Shown: positions 47,478 through 60,126, counted from the stretch's first letter. The stretch: 64,000 nucleotides of DNA from Candidatus Levyibacteriota bacterium (GCA_963716145.1 OY970292.1:661171-725170); one strand, 5' to 3'. The notes: generated by a model not told the origin, from the letters alone. Translations and numbers: made by a program.

Positions 47478-48701
47478 ATGGCTGAGCCAGGTGGACACGA
47501 CCAACAAGAAAAACCTACAACTGAATCTCAAGATAAACCGCAAAGTCCTCACAGAGTCAAAAAATTAGTAAGAAGGGGTGTAGCCGCTGCAGCAGGAGCA
47601 GCAACGCTTGCAGCCGCAGGTATGGGGGTCGGAATTGTACCCCGCCCTGGGTCATGGAATGAGAGTGGGTCTAGTACGCCTTCTGCCGAAATACAAAAGG
47701 GATATAAGGAAGCTTCGCTTGAGAGTTTATTACTAAAGCCCGGTGAAGGCTCGACAAAATGGGATAGTGTAACAGAAAAAATAGCAGTTGAGGGGTATCT
47801 CACTCTCATTAATACCCCAGATAAACCGCATCTGGCGGGTATATATACTTATGGTTTGTACCCAAATGCACCTGAATCTTTAGATCAAACTATGTCTGAT
47901 GCAGAATTTAGGAATGGAACCAACGAGGGTAAATTTTTACCCGTTTATGTTGTTGCAGACAACCCTCTAGGTGAGGCAATCAAACCTCCTGAATATCACA
48001 ATCCTAGTTTGAATCCTTTAAAACTTTTGCGCCGTGACAAAAAAGCTGAAGAAAGACATGGTCCTCCTGCCGATGGATGGGTTAGTATAAGAGGAGATTT
48101 TTCAGCGCAATCAACTGACACGGGTGATCGACAAGCAAAATTGGAGGTCAGCGTGGGAAAAGACAATCCCGAATTTCCGGATCGTACAAATATGCCTACT
48201 TTTGACGAACTGCTCCAAAACCGGGAAGCATTTTATATGAAAACTGTTGCAACAGAAGGATATCTTCAATTTGTCGGTCTCTTAGATTCAAGTTATCCTG
48301 CCATCGACAAACATGGCCAACGAATTACTCATACAAGAATTGATGCGGTATACGCTCTATATGACCATACTGCAGATCAAGCTGACATACCAAAAAATAT
48401 AGATGAGCTTGAGGAAGCTGCCGGAAACAGAAAACTGGTAATTGTGACACAAACTACAGAACGTGATTCCGCGCCTGATGATGAAATGAGAAATCGAATC
48501 ACAACAGATGCCAGAAAAAATAATGGATGGGCACACGTTCAAGGTGAGATGGGCAGATGGCTGACTAACGGTCTTGCGGAGGATAATCCCCCTCCTGTAG
48601 ACCATACTGATGTCATAAGGCGCAGTTCTGCCTCAATTGAAATACGTGGTAGCGATAAAGATGGTAGCATCAAACCAATCCCAGCACCTGCTGGGAAATA
48701 A
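47478..48701 (+). CDS. Hypothetical protein, N-terminal low-complexity segment plus one TM, large C-terminal domain
   Basis: ..GVAAAAGAATLAAAGMGVGIV.. hydrophobic segment; no recognisable motifs. Confidence 0.4.
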   Translation: MAEPGGHDQQEKPTTESQDKPQSPHRVKKLVRRGVAAAAGAATLAAAGMGVGIVPRPGSWNESGSSTPSAEIQKGYKEASLESLLLKPGEGSTKWDSVTEKIAVEGYLTLINTPDKPHLAGIYTYGLYPNAPESLDQTMSDAEFRNGTNEGKFLPVYVVADNPLGEAIKPPEYHNPSLNPLKLLRRDKKAEERHGPPADGWVSIRGDFSAQSTDTGDRQAKLEVSVGKDNPEFPDRTNMPTFDELLQNREAFYMKTVATEGYLQFVGLLDSSYPAIDKHGQRITHTRIDAVYALYDHTADQADIPKNIDELEEAAGNRKLVIVTQTTERDSAPDDEMRNRITTDARKNNGWAHVQGEMGRWLTNGLAEDNPPPVDHTDVIRRSSASIEIRGSDKDGSIKPIPAPAGK

Positions 48702-48736
48702 TAATCCTCACCAGATTTGACAAAAACACTCCTAAC

Positions 48737-48994
48737 TTACTTCTTCCCCAATCCCTCATCGTGGGGACCGACTGTGTGCAGAATTATCTCATCTTTATGT
48801 TTTTCAAAAGTGAAACGGTAGGACCTGTCAATTCTTCCTTCCCACAAATCAGCGCTATCCATTTTTTTGGTATTTAAACCAGGATAGAAAAAGTCCTTTT
48901 TTAGCTGCTCTAGAGATTTCTTCGTCTTCTTTTGTAAATGCTGAGGCAGCTTATCATAAGCCTTTTTAAACTTTTTTGAAGCGATAACTTTCAT
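48737..48994 (-). CDS. RelE/ParE-family type II toxin (mRNA interferase)
   Basis: MKVIASKKFKKAYDKLPQHLQKKTKKSLEQLKKDFFYPGLNTKKM..WEGRIDRSYRFTFEKHKDEIILHTVGPHDE matches the RelE/YoeB pattern; 85 aa. Confidence 0.7.
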   Translation of the reverse strand: MKVIASKKFKKAYDKLPQHLQKKTKKSLEQLKKDFFYPGLNTKKMDSADLWEGRIDRSYRFTFEKHKDEIILHTVGPHDEGLGKK

Positions 48995-49233
48995 CGGAAA
49001 AGTTCTTTAAGAGGCTTGTCCAGATCATCAATGGATTTGAGCTCTGCAACCCTACCCTTTTTAATATCCTCCGTTGCTTCAAGCTCTGATTTTTCCCACC
49101 ACAATTTACTCCCGTATGGAATTAATTCTTCGGGAAGCAGCATCAAAACATGCTTTTTGAACTCTTCAAAATGTTCAAGTTCTTTTACAAGCTTTTTCGC
49201 TGTATTAGTATCAATTGTTACTGCTTTTGCCAT
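48991..49233 (-). CDS. Putative antitoxin partner of the RelE-like toxin (start at internal Met MAKAVTID..)
   Basis: Small acidic protein overlapping the toxin start by 4 nt; the tracked ORF's N-terminal extension is probably not translated. Confidence 0.4.
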   Translation of the reverse strand: MAKAVTIDTNTAKKLVKELEHFEEFKKHVLMLLPEELIPYGSKLWWEKSELEATEDIKKGRVAELKSIDDLDKPLKELFR

Positions 49234-49402
49234 ATGGCAATAGTTTAGCACACAGCATCGGATTTGACAAAAGGCGCTCAGTTTGATAATATTTACCTCT
49301 TCTGTCCTAAGGAGGCTCCCGGATTTTATGATCGGGATCAAAGAAGTACATCTGCTCGTAAGATAACTGCCGAATAACTGCTAATTACTTCAAAATAATT
49401 TT

Positions 49403-50188
49403 TTGCCTATGATTATTCTTAAAGAAAATGTTGTATCTATTATTTTACCCGTATACAACGCAGGCCGATTTCTAGCAGAATGTCTGGAAAGCCTGAGTGC
49501 CCAAACTCATGAAAACCTCCAAATAATCGCTATTGATGACAAATCTACCGATAATTCATGGTCAATTCTTAAAAAGTATCAAAGAAAAGTAAAAGGCCTG
49601 CAAGTTTACAAAAATAAGAAGCATTACGGCATGAGCATCTGTTATAACAGAGGGCTCAAGCGGGCTTCCGGCCAGTTCCTCGCCTTTAGCAACCCCAACG
49701 ACCTCAATAGTCCTATCAGAATTAAGCGCCAGGTAAACTTTCTCTTATCAAATCCCAAAACAGTAGCAGTTGGAACACAATACACTAGAATTAACGACGA
49801 AAATGTAAAAATCGAGCGGATCAGCCTCCCACAGGAACATGAGACAATTTATGATAATCTGCTCCACACCAAATCACTCTACCCTGAAACAGTAATGATC
49901 AATAGGCTCTTAATTCCAAAAGATCTGCTCTATTTCAAATCAAATAGATATCCTTTTATCTTTAATGAGGTTTTTACTAAGCTTTTTCAGTACGGCTTGG
50001 TTGCAAATATTGGTCACGCGCTTTACTTTCACCGTGTCGGAATAAAACGCAACAAAAAGCGAGTTTCAAAAGTTAATCACCTAACAGCAATGGTTAAAGT
50101 CTGGATCAAATCGCGCTCAGACCACGACTATCGCCCATCCATAAGATCTGCTGTTCTTCCTCCTCTTTTGAATAAATTCAACCTCTAA
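49403..50188 (+). CDS. Family 2 glycosyltransferase
   Basis: ..VSIILPVYNAGRFLAECLESLSAQTHENLQIIAIDDKSTDNS.. GT2 N-terminal signature. Confidence 0.7.
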   Translation: MPMIILKENVVSIILPVYNAGRFLAECLESLSAQTHENLQIIAIDDKSTDNSWSILKKYQRKVKGLQVYKNKKHYGMSICYNRGLKRASGQFLAFSNPNDLNSPIRIKRQVNFLLSNPKTVAVGTQYTRINDENVKIERISLPQEHETIYDNLLHTKSLYPETVMINRLLIPKDLLYFKSNRYPFIFNEVFTKLFQYGLVANIGHALYFHRVGIKRNKKRVSKVNHLTAMVKVWIKSRSDHDYRPSIRSAVLPPLLNKFNL

Positions 50189-51097
50189 TCAAGAAAATGG
50201 CAAATGGAACTTGGAAAATGGAAAATATTATCCTCCCCAACTTATCCACATATTTGTGTATAAATAAATTAGCTTGAAATATCAATCTATTTTGCATATA
50301 TTTTACTCTAGGACATATGATATCTTATGTACTATTTATTATAGGTTGACAGACTGGAAATTTTGTGTTATATTTCTATTAAATATGAAATCTTTGATGA
50401 GCAAAACATTTAAAAAACTGCTGACACAGGCGCGCTATGATAACAATTCCCTTAAAACTATTGCAGAATACAATCGTGAAGTTTTGGTGAAGCAAGGGGC
50501 CGATCAATTTAAGCAGCTTGTTGAAAAAGGTTTAAGTATACCGGTTGCACTTTTATAAAATTCACGAGGCAACGTAAAATAAAGGTAAATTTGCGTTGTT
50601 TAGGCTCGTTAATCTGAAAATTGCGCAAAAAAAGAGCATCGCTTTCGTTACACAAATGATAAAGTCAGGTACGATAAGCAATGCTCTTAAGGTAAACGGC
50701 ATTTAGTCCTTCAGGCAGGAATAAAACTAATTGCCGATAAGTAACAAATATAGCAAAATCGGAAAGTTTGTCAAGAAAAATAGACGAAGCTAAAAATAGA
50801 TTTTTTAATTGACAGATCAAGATTTTTCACAGTGTAATAAATTCTTACAATTGAGGTCAAAAGAAATCGTAATAGTTAAAAGTGGTTCTTTATTTGCAAT
50901 GAGGTAGGAATCTTGCGAAGTCTTGATTGAATCTGGACGGAGTCCGCCGAAGATCGCTCTTTGAGCCGCAGTTCAAATGAACTAAGGCGAAAAGTAAAAT
51001 CAGGAGGAGGCAGGGATAGCAAAATTGGAGTTTTGAATGAGGTAGGAATCTTGGGCAGGGATTCTTACCTCTTTCAAGGCTTTAAACCACCCTCCAG

Positions 51098-51874
51098 CTA
51101 GATTTTCTTTGCAAACAATATTCTTCCGGTGGCGGTTTGAATGACTCTTGAAACAACTACATCAAAACTCTTCCCTATTCCGTCTCTTCCCTCTTCAACA
51201 ACAATCATTGTCCCGTCATCCAGATATCCAACACCTTGAGTTGCTTCCTTCCCTTGATGTGAAACTTTTACATGAAGTGCTTCACCCGGAACGGCAATAA
51301 CTTTAAGAGCATTTGCCAAAGCATTTAAGTTAACAGCTGCGACATTATCAATACTTGCTTTCTTTTCGAGGTTATAATCACAAGTTATCAGTTTGCCTTT
51401 ATGATTTTTTGCTGATCTGATCAACTGCTCATCCACCTCTATTCTGTTTTCTGTTTCAGCTTCTTCGTTGAGAATCATCACTTTTAGTTTCTTAGATTTT
51501 TTTAACTTCTCAAGAGCAACGAGCCCTTTTCTTCCCCGTTCACGCTTAACAGTGTCCTGTGAATCAGCCAAATGCTTGAGCTCTAAAAGAATGCTTGAAG
51601 TTATTACAATTGTTCCTGTGAGAAGATCCAAATAAATTACATCAAATATCCGCCCATCAATAATTGCTGAGGTGTCAAGGAAAATCCCGTTTTCAATTTT
51701 CTTGGGTTTTGATAGTTTGGATTTTCGGCGGGGACGCCTTATCATACCTGGCAAGCGGGTCATAAGCGACTTGGAAACTTCATCGGCAATTGCCCCAATC
51801 ATGCTGGGTGAAAAAACAGCTGGCCTTTTGGCGCTGTTTTTATTTTTTTTGGTTTTGGTTTTTTCTTTTGCCAT
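51098..51874 (-). CDS. PIN/TRAM domain protein (YacL-like)
   Basis: ..IFLDTSAIIDGRIFDV.. PIN N-terminus; C-terminal TRAM-like ..GEALHVKVSHQGKEATQGVGYLDDGTMIVVEEG..; sits downstream of radA as in Firmicutes. Confidence 0.65.
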   Translation of the reverse strand: MAKEKTKTKKNKNSAKRPAVFSPSMIGAIADEVSKSLMTRLPGMIRRPRRKSKLSKPKKIENGIFLDTSAIIDGRIFDVIYLDLLTGTIVITSSILLELKHLADSQDTVKRERGRKGLVALEKLKKSKKLKVMILNEEAETENRIEVDEQLIRSAKNHKGKLITCDYNLEKKASIDNVAAVNLNALANALKVIAVPGEALHVKVSHQGKEATQGVGYLDDGTMIVVEEGRDGIGKSFDVVVSRVIQTATGRILFAKKI

Positions 51875-51964
51875 AATTTCGGAAAACTCAGATGATACTC
51901 AGTAAGCCAGATATTCTGACCGTCTGGGTATCTGATAATTCAGACATTCCGGAACACCGAGTTT

Positions 51965-51984
51965 CCTGCCTGCCGGCAGGCAGG
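51965..51984. repeat. Exact 20-nt GC palindrome CCTGCCTGCCGGCAGGCAGG (second copy)
   Basis: Identical to 42583-42602; lies between radA and the PIN/TRAM gene. Confidence 0.6.
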
Positions 51985-52000
51985 TCTGAGTGTTCTGAAG

Positions 52001-53353
52001 TTACTTACCTAAACCATCAATTACCTCTTTCAAACTCCTGTGCGTCTTGGCTGTAATAACGTTTTTGTATCCCAATTTCTGCGCCTCTCTGCTTCTTTTA
52101 TCACTTCCGGCAACTGTACGCAACTCTCCAAGAAGACCAACTTCGGCAATTCCAACTGTCTTTGTCAGGGAAATATTTTTAAGACTTGAGTAGACTGCAA
52201 GACAAATTCCCAGATCAATTCCCGGGTCATTCAGTTTAAGTCCTCCCGCAACGTTGACAAAAACGTCCATTGTTTCAACCGGTAATTTAACATGTTTTTG
52301 TAAAACCGCCAAAAGCAATTCTACCCGTCTCGGATCAATTCCTGATACCACTCGTCGTGGCATAGGAAGCTTTGAGAACACAACCAATGCTTGCAGCTCG
52401 ACTAGAAATGCTCTTGACCCTTCAAGTGTCACTACAAGGACACTGCCCGGGCTGTTAACTCTTTTGTCGTTGAGAAAAAGTTGCTCCGGATTTGCTGCTT
52501 CTTTCATTCCCGTATCTTCCATCAAAAAAATACCGACTTCATCAACCGGACCAAACCGGTTTTTGAGAGATCTCAAAATTCTGGTCTTTGAAAATTTTTC
52601 TCCTTCCAGAAAAAGTACCGTATCCACCATGTGAGAAAGAACCATAGGCCCTGCAACCATTCCCTCTTTTGTAACATGCCCCACAAGAATAATTGGTATG
52701 TTATTCTGCTTCGCACATCGAACAAACTGCAATGCGGAATACCTTACCTGACCAACGCTACCTGCTAATCCTGATACATTTTCTGACTCTATTGTTTGAA
52801 TAGAATCAATAATAACCAAATCAGGTTTTGACTCTTCAATTTGGGCAATAATTTCCTCAGTATCTGTTTGGGCCAATAAAAATAAATTATCATTTTTTCC
52901 TTGATTCTTAATTCTTAATTCTGAACTCTGAATTCGTGTTGCTCTCATTTTCACCTGATCAACTGATTCTTCTCCTGATACGTACAAGACTTTATTATCT
53001 CTGGATAAACTTAGAGCAAGCTGAAGAAGGAGTGTCGACTTTCCAACTCCCGGATCGCCTGCAACCAACGTTACTGATCCATGAACAATCCCTCCACCCA
53101 AAACTGTATTCAGTTCTGTAAAATTAGTTTGAATCCTTGAGGTTTGCTTATATACAATTTCACTAAGTTTCTGTGGTTTAGCGGACTCCAAACTAACTCC
53201 GGAGTTCTTTGTTCTTTGTTCTTTGTTCTTTGTTGTGTGGAATTCCTTTAATGTATTCCACATTCCACACTCCGGGCATTTTCCAAGCCAAGACGTTGTA
53301 TCATATCCGCATTCCTGGCAAACAAAATTGGTGGTAATTTTTGCTTTTTTCAT
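52001..53353 (-). CDS. radA: DNA repair protein RadA/Sms
   Basis: N-terminal zinc finger CQECGY..CPECG; Walker A ..LVAGDPGVGKSTLLLQ..; KNRFG motif (..SLKNRFGPVDEVGIF..); Lon-like C-terminal domain. Confidence 0.9.
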   Translation of the reverse strand: MKKAKITTNFVCQECGYDTTSWLGKCPECGMWNTLKEFHTTKNKEQRTKNSGVSLESAKPQKLSEIVYKQTSRIQTNFTELNTVLGGGIVHGSVTLVAGDPGVGKSTLLLQLALSLSRDNKVLYVSGEESVDQVKMRATRIQSSELRIKNQGKNDNLFLLAQTDTEEIIAQIEESKPDLVIIDSIQTIESENVSGLAGSVGQVRYSALQFVRCAKQNNIPIILVGHVTKEGMVAGPMVLSHMVDTVLFLEGEKFSKTRILRSLKNRFGPVDEVGIFLMEDTGMKEAANPEQLFLNDKRVNSPGSVLVVTLEGSRAFLVELQALVVFSKLPMPRRVVSGIDPRRVELLLAVLQKHVKLPVETMDVFVNVAGGLKLNDPGIDLGICLAVYSSLKNISLTKTVGIAEVGLLGELRTVAGSDKRSREAQKLGYKNVITAKTHRSLKEVIDGLGK

Positions 53354-53454
53354 ATTAAGTTAATTATATCACCGCGAGGCAGAATTGATGCCTTATGAAG
53401 ATTTAAGAAGTAAGATTTAGGATTTAAGAATTTCTTTAATCTTATCTCTTTAAT

Positions 53455-54525
53455 CTATCTATATCCTATTGGTTTCTCTTTAAGAACTGGGGTCAGAATA
53501 ACTCTGTGCCTTTTTTTATCAAATTCAGAAACAGTCAGATCTATCTCCTGCCCTACAGTGTAAGTAGTGAGCGGAGGAATCTTTTCTTTTTTTACAAAAC
53601 CTTCCAAATCATCATCAAGTGTAAATGAAACTCCTGCACTTTCAACCTTTGCTACAGTTGCTTTCACTTTCTTATCAACCGGATAATTGGCAATCAGCTG
53701 TTCAAAAGGATCAGCAGTTAACTTTCTGATAGACAAATTAATTCTCTTGCTTTCTTTATCAAATCTTGTTACAACAGCCTCAATTTTCTGTCCCGCTGTA
53801 AATAGTCCGCTTAAATCCTCCTGCCTCTCCCATGAAACTTCTGAAATATGAATAAATCCTTCAACTTCTCCCATTGAGACAAATAATCCAAATGCTGTTA
53901 CATTTGATACCACGACTTCCACAGTCTGACCTACTTTATATTTTTTCATTGCTTTATCAAAATCCTCATCAGTCATCTTGGTTTTTTGGGAAAAAATTAC
54001 TTTATTATCAATTCTATTTATTTCAAGAACCGACGCGTTAATTTTCTGCCCGATGGCATTATCAGGTGAGGATGTATGAGATTGGGGAAGAAATCCTGAA
54101 ATACCAAAGCTAGTTGCGACGACATATCCAGCTTTGCCAACTTCTGTTATCGTGACTTCGATTTGCTTGTGATTTTTCTGCAGCTCTTCAAGTTTGACCC
54201 AGGCAATGTTGCCAAGATAGCGACGCAGTGAAACAATTGGCTGGCCTGTTTCGGATTCCGGATTGAGGACATTTACCTCAACAGTATCCCCCACTTTGAA
54301 CATCCCCAGAATTGTGCGGAGGATATTTTTATCTTTTTCCATGATTGAGGCTTCTGTTTTGGCACCGAGATCAACCAGAATTTCATTTGGGGTCAATTTG
54401 GTGAGTTTTCCTTTGACGCTTTCACCTTTTTTAAGCGAGACAACACTGCTTTTGTGCTTTGCCAGAAGCTGCCCCATGGCAGACTGAGCCTTTTCGGAAC
54501 TAAGTTGTGAGGAATTTTTTGCCAT
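53455..54525 (-). CDS. rpsA: S1 RNA-binding domain protein with four S1 repeats (short ribosomal protein S1-like)
   Basis: Four repeated ~70-aa S1-fold segments (..GESVKGKLTKL..ILVDLG.. ; ..VGDTVEVNVLN.. ; ..GQKINASVLEI.. ; ..VGQTVEVVVSNVTAFGLFVSMG..). Confidence 0.55.
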   Translation of the reverse strand: MAKNSSQLSSEKAQSAMGQLLAKHKSSVVSLKKGESVKGKLTKLTPNEILVDLGAKTEASIMEKDKNILRTILGMFKVGDTVEVNVLNPESETGQPIVSLRRYLGNIAWVKLEELQKNHKQIEVTITEVGKAGYVVATSFGISGFLPQSHTSSPDNAIGQKINASVLEINRIDNKVIFSQKTKMTDEDFDKAMKKYKVGQTVEVVVSNVTAFGLFVSMGEVEGFIHISEVSWERQEDLSGLFTAGQKIEAVVTRFDKESKRINLSIRKLTADPFEQLIANYPVDKKVKATVAKVESAGVSFTLDDDLEGFVKKEKIPPLTTYTVGQEIDLTVSEFDKKRHRVILTPVLKEKPIGYR

Positions 54526-54646
54526 GAATCATAATGCCTTTCATATCGGATGCACCCAGTATAACAGGTTAGTTTCATTACTGCAATGTGGCCCATCAAA
54601 AAACCGCTCTTGCGGGCAGTTTTGTATATTAATAAATTATTTTATC

Positions 54647-55144
54647 TTATGCTGCAAGATAATGCTCAAGTGATTTTAATCTAATTTCGACAGCTTTTCT
54701 ACTAACTAGAAATTTCTCCGACATCTTTTCTATATCATGATATTTCTCCCAATATTTTCTAAACCATCTCGCCGGCATAAGAAGACATGCAGCAAAATAT
54801 TCTGCTTTGCGCTCCTCAACCATACCTTCTTCAGTTTCCTTATTATAGCCAGGATTATTCTGAAGCATATGATAAAACTCGTGGAAAAGAGTAAATCTTT
54901 TTGCACCAACCGATAATCCTTGGTTTAAAAGTACATACCATTTTCCGTTTTTTGGAAAGGAGAATCCGAATGCGTCCGGATGGAAAGGTGTAACTTGTAT
55001 TTCAGAATCTGGAAATAATTTCTTAACAAGACTAGATGGTACTGGAGGCTCTTTGATATCAAACAACGCAAGAATATCTTCCGCATCATCTTCGGTCTTT
55101 ATATATTCAGCCGTTAAACTGTTTTTATAGCCTAAAGAACTCAT
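54647..55144 (-). CDS. ImmA/IrrE-family zinc metallopeptidase (HEXXH)
   Basis: ..FTLFHEFYHMLQN.. HExxH motif; 165 aa; translationally coupled (ATGA overlap) to the upstream XRE regulator. Confidence 0.6.
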   Translation of the reverse strand: MSSLGYKNSLTAEYIKTEDDAEDILALFDIKEPPVPSSLVKKLFPDSEIQVTPFHPDAFGFSFPKNGKWYVLLNQGLSVGAKRFTLFHEFYHMLQNNPGYNKETEEGMVEERKAEYFAACLLMPARWFRKYWEKYHDIEKMSEKFLVSRKAVEIRLKSLEHYLAA

Positions 55145-55491
55145 TTACGATTTTTATATTTTTTAATAATTAAATTTTTTATTATATCTATTTCTTTAAT
55201 TGCCTCTTCATTCAAATTTGGATGCTTTGTTCTTAAATATACATCGAAGGAAGGTAGATCTGTTTTATTTATCTCAGGCATATAACCAGCCACCTGAAAT
55301 ATGGCCTCATGAGAAACACCCAAGCCATTAGCCAACTTAATAAGAACCATTGCTGATGGTGATTTATAATCGTTATCTTCCAATCGGGAAATATAACTCC
55401 TGGCTAAATTACTTATGTCAGCTACTTGCTCTTGAGTCATTCTTTTTTCTACTCTAACTTTTTTTATAAATTCACCTAGGGTTAACATCAT
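55141..55491 (-). CDS. XRE-family helix-turn-helix transcriptional regulator
   Basis: ..LTLGEFIKKVRVEKRMTQEQVADISNLARSYISRLE.. Cro/C1-type HTH. Confidence 0.7.
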   Translation of the reverse strand: MMLTLGEFIKKVRVEKRMTQEQVADISNLARSYISRLEDNDYKSPSAMVLIKLANGLGVSHEAIFQVAGYMPEINKTDLPSFDVYLRTKHPNLNEEAIKEIDIIKNLIIKKYKNRK

Positions 55492-55623
55492 ATATATGTT
55501 ACCATAATGACAAAAATTGTCAATATTAGCAATCTGGTACTTGACAAAGCTTAAGAACTAATATATTATTGTTACTATTGTGACAATATATGTCTCAATA
55601 ATCTACAAGAAGGGAGGTGAAAA

Positions 55624-55881
55624 ATGAATACATATCTTATAACATACGACTTAAATAAGCCAGGCCAGGTTTACCAACAACTATATCAGGAAATAAAATC
55701 CCTTGGCGTAACAATTCACGGTATGCAAAATGTTTGGTTTTTGGAGTCTAACTATTCGGCCAAACAAATACGTGACTCTTTAAAACAGGTTGTTGATTCC
55801 AACGATAAAATTTTTGTCTGCGCTGTGGTTACTTGGGCAACATCTAACTTGCCCACTGTCGCTTCATGGCTGAACAGTTAA
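55624..55881 (+). CDS. Small hypothetical protein (85 aa) with a Cas2/VapD-like sequence pattern; divergent from the XRE/ImmA pair
   Basis: MNTYLITYDLNKPGQ..LYQEIKSLGVTIHGMQNVWFLES.. recalls the Cas2 N-terminus (M.VLVxYDV.....R..V.K.L..YG.RVQ.SVFEC). No cas genes or CRISPR nearby. Confidence 0.3.
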   Translation: MNTYLITYDLNKPGQVYQQLYQEIKSLGVTIHGMQNVWFLESNYSAKQIRDSLKQVVDSNDKIFVCAVVTWATSNLPTVASWLNS

Positions 55882-56113
55882 CTAAACTGAACTTATCTGC
55901 CCGCAAAGAAACCTTCTTAAAGGAGGTTTTTTTGTAGCGTATTTTTCCACCAAAAAACCGCCCTTGCTGGCGGTTTTATTGGATTCTTTTTTTGCCCAAA
56001 AGCTTTCACGAAGGACATGTCCTGTACAAAAAGCTGAAGATTTGAAAAAAGAAAATTCCTGGCGATGACTTATTGTCCCATAAATAAATACAGTATCGTA
56101 GGCGCTGGCATGT

Positions 56114-56144
<31 letters not shown>

Positions 56145-56235
56145 GTGCCACACCGCACAAATCACCAGAAAATTTCTTTTTTCAAAGTGCTAACTTAGCT
56201 TCTTAACAAGTGAAGAGAAACGTCTTAAAAATTTA

Positions 56236-59505
<3,270 letters not shown>

Positions 59506-59786
59506 TTTTACCCCGTTAGATAATTTTCATATCTAATGGGGTGTTTAAGACGTTTTTAAATCCCGTACAGTCCGCCGGTTTGACGGAACATACAGGATCT
59601 TCTCTTCACTTGTAAAAGAGCCAAATCATCCATTCATAACTCTCGTATAACCCTCTCTTACTAGAGGGTTGTACCAAAGTACGAATCGCGCTTCGCGCTC
59701 AACTTAGAACTGAGAACTTAAAACTTAGAATTTTTCCTTTTTGTTCCTAGTTCTTTGTTCAAAGTTGTTCGCCCGCTGGCGAACAG

Positions 59787-59860
59787 TGGACCTGAGGAGA
59801 TTCGAACTCCTGACCTCCTCATTGCAAATGAGGCGCAATAACCAGCTATGCTACAGGCCC
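59787..59860 (-). tRNA. tRNA-Ala (anticodon UGC), upstream of 23S in the same orientation
   Basis: GGGCCTG acceptor with G3:U70; anticodon stem CCTCA/TGAGG, loop UUUGCAA (anticodon UGC); T-arm AGGAGTTCGAATCTCCT. Confidence 0.8.
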
Positions 59861-60012
59861 ATTAAGGAATTCCTGCGCCAAGCAGGCTAGAATCCAGAAA
59901 ATTGTTAAACGAAACGAGGGAAAAGCGTGATTATGAAGAACAGACTACGAGCCCAGAATGGGTTTTAAAGAAATATGTTCAAAAGTTATCATAAACAAAC
60001 GCTTTCGCAAGT

Positions 60013-60047
60013 TCGTAAAAGCAATGATAACACAGGCTGGAAATAGT
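60013..60047 (-). promoter_or_regulatory. Putative sigma70 promoter (TTGACA-N17-TATCAT on the minus strand) for the tRNA-Ala/23S transcription unit
   Basis: Reverse complement of 60013-60047 reads ttgaca ctatttccagcctgtgt tatcat. Confidence 0.35.
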
Positions 60048-60126
60048 GTCAAGGGTTATTATAAATAACAAACTATAACAGTAAGTATTGCCTACCAAAT
60101 GCTGTTTACATATAATGGTACTGATT

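Noticed and set aside
56160-56235. Possible 5S rRNA downstream of the 23S.
   Set aside because: No 5S consensus blocks (e.g. CCGAAC..GAAGTGAAAC..GGTAGTG) were found in 55890-56235.
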